Origin: Candidatus Odinarchaeota archaeon
Lineage (GTDB): Archaea > Asgardarchaeota > Odinarchaeia > Odinarchaeales > Odinarchaeaceae
Assembly (NCBI GenBank): GCA_038826135.1
Contig: JAWBON010000075.1
Coordinates: 1 to 5,660, forward strand
DNA: 5,660 bases
Direction: 5' to 3'
The translations under genes were made by a program, and so were the position numbers. Below are positions 1 to 5,260 of this stretch, piece by piece. The notes beneath the pieces were generated by a model, which was not told the origin of the DNA, did not search any database, and saw only the letters and a program-made list of their open reading frames with translations. Positions within the stretch are counted from its first letter, which is position 1. The number at the start of each line of letters is the position of its first letter.

Positions 1-212
1 GTTTCTTCGGCGTGAGAGCCGGACCTGACTTTAAGGTTATATTCAGGTTTCCGTAATTCTAAGTCTTCAAAAAATATTTTATCCATATTAAGCGAATAAT
101 GCTGACCGGTGTGAATGACTTTGTAATTAAATGATGATTTCTCTAGTTTCCTTATTACTGGTGAAATTTTTATTATTTCAGGCCGCGTCCCTATTATTAC
201 AGCGATTTTCAT
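1..212 (-). CDS. wecB: UDP-N-acetylglucosamine 2-epimerase (non-hydrolysing), N-terminal 70 codons; runs off the left edge
   Basis: Absent from the ORF track. Manual translation from ATG at 212: [70 protein letters not shown]. It has the GTRPE-x-IK and HTGQH family motifs and an AAGGTG Shine-Dalgarno-like motif at 223-228 (minus). Confidence 0.93.
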   Translation of the reverse strand, partial: MKIAVIIGTRPEIIKISPVIRKLEKSSFNYKVIHTGQHYSLNMDKIFFEDLELRKPEYNLKVRSGSHAEE

Positions 213-373
213 AGTGATAAAACACCTTAACGCTTAGATTTAACATCTTCAATTTTATAGATGGATTATATTAAGTTATTAGTTTTTAAAAAACAGTTAA
301 TTAATAAAAGTATTTCTTAATAAAACTGTATTATAGTTTAAATTGGTGCCGCGATCGGGATTTGAACCCGAGT

Positions 374-393
374 ATCCCAAGAGTTTTACTCTA
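374..393 (-). other. tRNA-Glu intron 2, non-canonical 45/46 (variable region), 20 nt
   Basis: TAGAGTAAAACTCTTGGGAT. 5' bulge AG^T; intron helix AGAGT:ACTCT; central helix CCCA(40-43):TGGG; 3' bulge AT^A. The outer helix is absent (relaxed BHB). Removal restores the 4-nt variable region AGAC. Confidence 0.88.
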
Positions 394-401
394 CTTGGGG
401 G

Positions 402-431
402 TTCTTCTCCAAGCACTACTTGTAATTGGAA
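402..431 (-). other. tRNA-Glu intron 1, canonical 37/38, 30 nt
   Basis: TTCCAATTACAAGTAGTGCTTGGAGAAGAA. Strict BHB: anticodon stem; 3' bulge AA^C; central helix CTTT:GAAG; 5' bulge CG^T; intron helix TCCAA:TTGGA. Confidence 0.93.
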
Positions 432-501
432 CGAAAGCCCCAGATGCTTGGCCGAGCTACACCATCGCGGCGACTAGTGAATTAAAATTATAATATAACA
501 G

Positions 502-514
502 TTTTAAATCTTTT
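502..514 (-). promoter_or_regulatory. Putative BRE/TATA promoter of tRNA-Glu
   Basis: Minus strand reads AAAAGA-TTTAAAA, with the TATA-like box 31-37 nt upstream of the mature 5' end. The AT-rich background lowers specificity. Confidence 0.5.
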
Positions 515-645
515 GTAAATATATTAAAAACGCGTTGTGATTATATTTTTAATATACTCTCATCTTAATCAATAGGATTAATATTTTAAATCTAAAAATT
601 TAATATCAATTTAAAATTCAATAACTGCTTTAGAAGTGGGATATT

Positions 646-1869
646 TTGCAGAAGTCGAATAGGATTCTAATGGTTTTAGATAATTATTATCCTCCAGATA
701 TTAGGGTTTCTAAAGAAGCTAACACTTTGATTAAACATGGTTTTGATGTAAACTTATTGTGTTGGGGTTCAAAAACTAGTTTAGAAAGGGAGATTATAGA
801 CGGTTTAAAAGTTTTCAGACTTGCTAGGCTTTATGGTTTTAAAAAATTTAAAGGTATATTAAACTATTATATTAATTTCGTAAACCCTATATGGCTTAAG
901 ATGATAGATAAAATAGTTAGAGAGATTGGTGCGGATATTTTACATGTTCACGATTTACCTTTAGTTAAAACCTGTTTAAAAGTTGCTGAGAAATATAATA
1001 TACCGGTTATAGCTGATCTTCACGAGAATTATCCTGAGGCTGTAAAAGACTGGATGAGCTTAGGGGCGGGTGTTAAATCAAAGATATCTAATTTTTTAAT
1101 GCCAGTTAGAAGGTGGAGAAAATACGAGAAGAATGTTTTGAAACATGTTACAAGAGTAATTACGATAGTCGAGGAGAATGTTGAACATTATGTTAAAGAT
1201 TGCGGTTTACCTCGTGAAAAGATTGTTGTAATCCGGAATACTGATCTTGTTGAAAACTTATTAAAGTATGAGCGATATCCAGACATTATAGAAAGATATA
1301 AGGGGTTTTTTATAGTAACTTATATAGGTGCTTTCGGCCCTCATAGAGGATTAGAGATAGTTTTAAAAGCCACACCTTTACTTGTTAAAAAGATCCAGAA
1401 GTTAAAGATATTAATAGTTGGTGGGGGTGGGCCTCCAGGATATGATAATATTCTTAGGAGTATTGTTAAAGAGCTAGGTATAGAAGAATTTGTAGAGTTT
1501 ACAGGGTGGGTTGATTATAAGTTTATTCCAACCTATATTTATATAAGTAATATATGTTTAATACCTTATAAGCTGAGTAATCACACTAATGATGCTTTAC
1601 CTCATAAGTTATTCCAGTATATGGCTTTCAGTAAACCTGTAATAGCCACTAGGACGAGAGTTTTTTCAAAAATTATTGAAGGATATAATTGCGGGCTGCT
1701 TATCCCTTCAGAGGATTATGAGACGCTTGCAGATTGTATTATAAAACTTTACACGGATAAGGATTTAGCTTATAGAATGGGATTAAACGGTTTGGAGGCT
1801 GTGAATAAATATTATAATTGGAGTTTAGACGCTAAAAGATTAGTTGAATTATACAATGATGTTTTATAA
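646..1869 (+). CDS. GT4-family (GT-B fold) glycosyltransferase, 407 aa
   Basis: RILMV N-terminal strand, DILHVHD, YIGAFGPHRGLE, FTGWV, PHKLFQYMAFSKPVIAT (nucleotide-sugar binding region) and a C-terminal YNW. TTG start at 646 is needed to include RILMV. Confidence 0.9.
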   Translation: MQKSNRILMVLDNYYPPDIRVSKEANTLIKHGFDVNLLCWGSKTSLEREIIDGLKVFRLARLYGFKKFKGILNYYINFVNPIWLKMIDKIVREIGADILHVHDLPLVKTCLKVAEKYNIPVIADLHENYPEAVKDWMSLGAGVKSKISNFLMPVRRWRKYEKNVLKHVTRVITIVEENVEHYVKDCGLPREKIVVIRNTDLVENLLKYERYPDIIERYKGFFIVTYIGAFGPHRGLEIVLKATPLLVKKIQKLKILIVGGGGPPGYDNILRSIVKELGIEEFVEFTGWVDYKFIPTYIYISNICLIPYKLSNHTNDALPHKLFQYMAFSKPVIATRTRVFSKIIEGYNCGLLIPSEDYETLADCIIKLYTDKDLAYRMGLNGLEAVNKYYNWSLDAKRLVELYNDVL

Positions 1870-1946
1870 AATTATTAAGTTAAATAGCCAAAACTATTTA
1901 TCCGGAGTTTCACGGCTATGAGAGCGTGAATTAATCAAAGAAAGAT

Positions 1947-2222
1947 TCACGCTTTAGTACATGTGATTGTATTTGTTTCAGTAACGTACCAGCGTGTTAC
2001 ATCTCTGAATCGCGGCCACCATTCTAGGAATGAGGCCATGTTATCTGTTTCTAAAATAAACACACCGTTGTAAATTGACCCCCAAGCGTGCTCGTATTCT
2101 CCAACGATTTTTAAATCGCTTGGAAGCTTAGCTTTAAAAGCCTCCCATTCTCTCTTAGCGTCTTCTTTCTCCTGGTTTGAGAGCGCTCTTATTTTATAAA
2201 ATACGAGAAAAGCCAGTGTCAT
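1947..2222 (-). CDS. Small hypothetical protein, probable dimeric alpha/beta-barrel (GYD/DUF3303-like), 91 aa
   Basis: ATG start and clean ORF. The beta-alpha-beta-beta-alpha-beta pattern (FLVFYK / helix / KIVGEYEHAWG / NGVFILETDN / helix / TETNTITC) resembles ferredoxin-like barrel families. The family call is by eye only. Confidence 0.6.
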   Translation of the reverse strand: MTLAFLVFYKIRALSNQEKEDAKREWEAFKAKLPSDLKIVGEYEHAWGSIYNGVFILETDNMASFLEWWPRFRDVTRWYVTETNTITCTKA

Positions 2223-2341
2223 ATATATCCCATTTTACATAAATATTCAGGAATTTAATAGTTATACTAAGATTTAAAAGCATTGTTTATTAATAGTTGA
2301 AGAGGACAGGATGACTCGGAGAGATCTAGCATGGTGGTTTT

Positions 2342-2797
2342 ATGAAGTCTAGTATTTACTGTGTTTTCGTTATTCAGAGAATTGACGGTGTCTGCCTTTT
2401 CTCTAAGATGTATCATCCACCAAATAATAGCCTAGCCTCCAGTAAATGTGTAGATGAGGATAAGTATAATATTTTAAGCGGATTCATCTCCGCTGTTAGC
2501 ACGATTGTCACCAATGTGGCGGATGATTATATTAAACAGATGAGGCTTGAAGGTGAAAAACACATAAAGATCATTGTGGAAACAGGGGATAAAGTAGCAG
2601 TAGGCGTGGTTGCGGATAAATCTGAATCTGATAGAAAATTATTTAATTTAGCTAGGGGCTTGGTTAAACAGTTTAACTATTTATACGGGGAGAAACTTAA
2701 AACCTGGAATGGCAGCCTAGCAACATTTAACATATTTGATAAAATTGTGGATACTGAGATCGGTAACACTGAAAGAGATTTCACAGAATACTTATAG
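2342..2797 (+). CDS. Stand-alone longin-like domain protein, 151 aa
   Basis: Longin topology: b1 IYCVFVIQ, b2 GVCLFSKMY, a1 ILSGFISAVSTIV, b3-b5 IKQMRL/KIIVETG/VAVGVVAD, a2 ARGLVKQFNYLY, then W-x-G-x4-F-x2-F and a3. GGTGG Shine-Dalgarno-like motif at 2333-2337. Confidence 0.72.
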   Translation: MKSSIYCVFVIQRIDGVCLFSKMYHPPNNSLASSKCVDEDKYNILSGFISAVSTIVTNVADDYIKQMRLEGEKHIKIIVETGDKVAVGVVADKSESDRKLFNLARGLVKQFNYLYGEKLKTWNGSLATFNIFDKIVDTEIGNTERDFTEYL

Positions 2798-2806
2798 AGT
2801 TAATTA

Positions 2807-2814
2807 TTTATATT
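2807..2814 (+). promoter_or_regulatory. Putative TATA box of tRNA-Leu
   Basis: TTTATATT ending 26 nt upstream of the mature tRNA 5' end (2840), typical archaeal spacing, immediately after the longin stop codon. Confidence 0.55.
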
Positions 2815-2872
2815 AGGTTTAGAATCAAAAATATTAAGCGCGGGGGTTCCCGAGCCAGGTCTAAGGGGCAGG

Positions 2873-2899
2873 ATCTTGGCAGATATACCAGGAGGCTTA
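2873..2899 (+). other. tRNA-Leu intron 1, position 30/31, 27 nt
   Basis: Bulge GG^A; intron helix TCTTGG:CCAGGA; central helix GGCA:GGCT (one A-G mismatch); bulge TA^A; outer helix AGG:CTT. A 31/32 register gives the same mature RNA. Confidence 0.85.
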
Positions 2900-2906
2900 A
2901 CTTAGG

Positions 2907-2928
2907 ACCCTGAAGACCCGGGTATGAT
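2907..2928 (+). other. tRNA-Leu intron 2, canonical 37/38, 22 nt
   Basis: Bulge GG^A; intron helix CCC:GGG; central helix CTTA:TATG (one T-T mismatch); bulge AT^A; outer helix is the anticodon stem. Confidence 0.88.
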
Positions 2929-2937
2929 ATCCTGTGC

Positions 2938-2955
2938 AAGGCTAAACCTGCAGAT
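2938..2955 (+). other. tRNA-Leu intron 3, 5' strand of the long variable arm (after T44-G-C), 18 nt
   Basis: Bulge GC^A; intron helix AGG:CCT; central helix CTGT:GCAG (4 bp including one G-U); bulge AT^T; outer pair C40:G2957. Confidence 0.85.
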
Positions 2956-2960
2956 TGTAG

Positions 2961-2987
2961 AGATTAACAGTTTTGTTAATCCAGTAA
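2961..2987 (+). other. tRNA-Leu intron 4, tip of the variable arm (after the GTAG loop), 27 nt; 5' boundary +/-1 nt
   Basis: 8-bp intron helix GATTAACA:TGTTAATC; central helix GCTG:CAGT (after intron 3 removal); 3' bulge AA^A; outer pairs T44:G and G43:C. The 5' bulge is 4 nt (TAG^A), and the boundary was chosen to restore the consensus GTAG loop. Confidence 0.8.
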
Positions 2988-3110
2988 AGCTTCATGGGTT
3001 CAAATCCCATCCCCCGCACCACTTAGTTTGATAAGGTCAATAATTAAATAATTTAGATTACCCGCCTTAACTTAAAATAATAAAAGGCTTAATTATTTTA
3101 ACAGCTTGCT

Positions 3111-3116
3111 GGTGAT
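3111..3116 (+). promoter_or_regulatory. Shine-Dalgarno motif of the second glycosyltransferase
   Basis: GGTGAT, 3 nt upstream of the TTG start at 3120; matches the archaeal anti-SD complement. Confidence 0.55.
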
Positions 3117-3119
3117 AGT

Positions 3120-4157
3120 TTGAAAATACTGCATCTAAGCCATACTGGTTTAGAATACGACAGCCGGATTAAGAAGGCTATGAACACTTGTATAAAACAG
3201 GGGTTTGAATGCAGTTTCCATGATTTAGGATACTCTAATAATTTCAATAACATAGTTATCTCTGCGCATATACCGTATTTCTGGGGTAAAATAAAAGGCA
3301 GAGTTGCAAAAATAATTGGAGAATTTAAACCTGACATTGTACACGCTCATGACATTTACGCTGCTAAAATATGTCAAGAGCTGGAGGCGCCGTTTGTTTT
3401 CGACTCGCATGAAAACTGGTTAAAACCACCTAAACATCCGTATAAGAATCTTCTCCTAAGATATATTAAACATAAAGGTTTGGATAAGTTTTCAAACTGG
3501 TGTAAAGAGATTATATCTGAAACTCCTACATTAACAGTTAATGAAACCATTCTTGAATTATATAAACAATATAGTAGACAAGTATATCTACTACCGAACT
3601 ATATTACACTGGAAGAGTCTAAGAATATTAATTTTAAGTCTAAGACGTCAAGTGTATCATATGTTTATGTTGGCAATGATTATCCTAATCGAAACTCTTT
3701 TAGAAATATAGATCGCTTAGTGAAATTGTTTTTAACCGGTAAATATGGAAGACTGACTCTAGTTACTAATAAGACTCCTAATCTTAATGAATATGTTTTA
3801 ACACAAAAGTTTATGGAACATACAGAGCTTTTAGATTATCTTACCCAGTTTATTGTGGGCTTATTATACTATGAGCCACACCCTGATCATCATTATTTTT
3901 TAGCTAACAAATTTAGTGAATACGCTCATTCAAGTCTCTGCGTATTATACACTAATAGTTTGACAAATGTTTCTAGGATAATAGGTGATCTAGGTATAGG
4001 AGTGGAGCCTGAAGAGCTTGAAGCTACTTTAAAAAATCTGAGAGAACAGAGAGAGCACTTAGTAGATAAAGGTGAGAAGACTAGGAGATTTGCTGTTAAA
4101 CATTTAATATGGGAGTTATACGAGAATAATATCTTAGAAGCTTATAAGCGGGTTTAA
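3120..4157 (+). CDS. Divergent GT4-like glycosyltransferase, 345 aa
   Basis: MKILHLS start, FKPDIVHAHD, FVFDSHE, YVYVG, and NKFSEYAHSSL resembling the NK-x-x-EY motif of GT4 enzymes. The C-terminal domain is short and divergent. Confidence 0.8.
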   Translation: MKILHLSHTGLEYDSRIKKAMNTCIKQGFECSFHDLGYSNNFNNIVISAHIPYFWGKIKGRVAKIIGEFKPDIVHAHDIYAAKICQELEAPFVFDSHENWLKPPKHPYKNLLLRYIKHKGLDKFSNWCKEIISETPTLTVNETILELYKQYSRQVYLLPNYITLEESKNINFKSKTSSVSYVYVGNDYPNRNSFRNIDRLVKLFLTGKYGRLTLVTNKTPNLNEYVLTQKFMEHTELLDYLTQFIVGLLYYEPHPDHHYFLANKFSEYAHSSLCVLYTNSLTNVSRIIGDLGIGVEPEELEATLKNLREQREHLVDKGEKTRRFAVKHLIWELYENNILEAYKRV

Positions 4158-5239
4158 TTTGGTGAATTATTAACTGAATGGTTTAAATATTCTTTAAGTA
4201 TCTGTGAGATTTTTCTAGAAGCATTTCCTTGGAATATATTTCTCCTCAACGTCTCTGGCTGAAAACTTTTAACTTTATCTAGTATTTGATTTTTATCAGT
4301 ACCGACCAATATATTCCAGCCGGCTTTAACGGTTTCAACCCATTCTGTGCGTTCTCTTAAAGTGATACAGGGGGTGCCTAACAAATATGCTTCCTTTTGC
4401 ATCCCCCCTGAGTCTGTTAATATTTTCTCAGCGTTTTTTTCAAGAACCAGCATGTCGAAGTATCCCACTGGGGAGGTTACTAAAATTTTTTCAGATAATT
4501 GATTAATGACACCTTGTTTTTCAAGTATTTTTCTTGTTCGAGGGTGACAGATGAATACCAGATTCGGTATTTTTTTAAAAGCTTCTATGATACTTTTTAA
4601 TCTTTCAGGATGATCTGTGTTTTCAGCACGGTGAAGAGTGGCTAGAATATAGGATTTAGAGGATAAATGTAATTCTTCAAGTATGTGGGATTTTTGCTCA
4701 GCTAATTTTAAGTTTTCTTTAATGCTGTCAACCATTACATCCCCGACTTTAAACACATTGTTTTTTATTCCCTCTTTTTTTAAGTTGAGAACTGATAGTT
4801 TAGTTGGGCAAAATAGTATATCTGAGCAGTGATCTGTTAACACTCGATTTATTTCCTCAGGCATTTCCTTGTCAAAACATCTTAACCCAGCTTCTACATG
4901 AGCTGTTCTAATACCCGATTTACGTGAAGCTAGGGCTCCGCCTAAAGTTGAATTAGTGTCACCGTATACTATAACAAGGTCGGGTTTTTCTTTAAATAAA
5001 ACCTCTTCTGTTCTTTTCACTATTTCACCCACCTGGTAGCCGTGGCTTCCTGAGCCGACTCCGAGATGATAATCTGGATCCGGAATATTCAATTCATCGA
5101 AGAATATTTTATCCATTTCATAATCATAGTGTTGACCTGTATGAATTATCAACTGGGAGAAGGATTTACCAAGTTCTTTGAATAGAGGGGCTAATTTTAT
5201 AAAATTTGGTCTAGCACCGACAATAGAAGCTATCCTCAT
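4154..5239 (-). CDS. wecB: UDP-GlcNAc 2-epimerase family protein (non-hydrolysing), WbpI-like signature
   Basis: GARPNFIK, HTGQHYD, GDTNST, HVEAGLR, PEEINR, TLHRAEN, HPRT, DSGGMQKEA and TLRERTEWVE. ATG at 5239 is preferred over TTG at 5248 because it aligns with the family N-terminus. Confidence 0.95.
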   Translation of the reverse strand: MRIASIVGARPNFIKLAPLFKELGKSFSQLIIHTGQHYDYEMDKIFFDELNIPDPDYHLGVGSGSHGYQVGEIVKRTEEVLFKEKPDLVIVYGDTNSTLGGALASRKSGIRTAHVEAGLRCFDKEMPEEINRVLTDHCSDILFCPTKLSVLNLKKEGIKNNVFKVGDVMVDSIKENLKLAEQKSHILEELHLSSKSYILATLHRAENTDHPERLKSIIEAFKKIPNLVFICHPRTRKILEKQGVINQLSEKILVTSPVGYFDMLVLEKNAEKILTDSGGMQKEAYLLGTPCITLRERTEWVETVKAGWNILVGTDKNQILDKVKSFQPETLRRNIFQGNASRKISQILKEYLNHSVNNSPN

Positions 5240-5260
5240 ATAAATCAACCGTATTTCTAA

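Larger units (their letters stand above)
344..471 (-). tRNA. trnE: tRNA-Glu(TTC) with two introns (37/38 and 45/46), CCA encoded
   Basis: Acceptor stem GCCGCGA/TCGCGGC plus A-CCA; D arm GTGT-AGCTCGGCCAA-GCAT; anticodon arm TGGGG-CT-TTC-GC-CCCCA (anticodon at 433-435); variable region AGAC; T arm TCGGG-TTCAAAT-CCCGA. Exons 471-432, 401-394 and 373-344 give a 78-nt mature tRNA. Confidence 0.95.
2840..3021 (+). tRNA. trnL: tRNA-Leu(TAG) with four introns, CCA encoded
   Basis: Exons 2840-2872, 2900-2906, 2929-2937, 2956-2960 and 2988-3021 join to GCGGGGGTTCCCGAGCCAGGTCTAAGGGGCAGGACTTAGGATCCTGTGCTGTAGAGCTTCATGGGTTCAAATCCCATCCCCCGCACCA (88 nt). Acceptor GCGGGGG/CCCCCGC, discriminator A73, anticodon arm CAGGA-CT-TAG-GA-TCCTG (anticodon 2903-2905), long variable arm T-GCT-GTAG-AGC-TTC, T arm ATGGG-TTCAAAT-CCCAT. 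Confidence 0.9.

Noticed and set aside
23-48. ACCTGA/TCAGGT hairpin resembling another BHB intron
   Set aside because: It lies within the uninterrupted wecB frame ([10 protein letters not shown]), which aligns to the family without an insertion.
374-431. tRNA introns as C/D guide RNAs or endonuclease-encoding elements (also 2873-2987)
   Set aside because: At 18-30 nt they are too short and lack box C/D pairs or ORFs.
1597-1626. Gln in place of the usual Glu in the GT4 motif (PHKLFQYM)
   Set aside because: To my knowledge this is a common variant among GT4 homologues, so it is not evidence of inactivation or novelty.
1918-1958. SECIS-like element or selenocysteine readthrough of the TGA ending the 91-aa gene
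   Set aside because: ATGA precedes a stem on the plus strand, but the 3' side reads TAG rather than the GA needed for the quartet. The upstream glycosyltransferase has no in-frame TGA. On the minus strand, readthrough meets another TGA after three codons.
2308-2352. C/D-box sRNA (AGGATGA resembles box C)
   Set aside because: No CTGA box D or D' at suitable spacing.
2889-2900. Alternative Leu(TAA) anticodon (GGAGG-CT-TAA) inside intron 1, suggesting alternative splicing to two isoacceptors
   Set aside because: GGAGG has no complementary 3' stem strand and no BHB supports that register; the TAG parse pairs fully.
344-3021. Integrated element bounded by tRNA att sites
   Set aside because: No duplicated tRNA 3' end was seen by eye and no integrase is in the window. 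The two tRNAs are different, apparently complete genes pointing away from each other.
3098-3337. 79-aa minus-strand ORF from the track
   Set aside because: Antisense shadow of the glycosyltransferase; no recognisable motifs.
3225-3410. 61-aa minus-strand ORF from the track
   Set aside because: Entirely antisense to the glycosyltransferase; no recognisable motifs.
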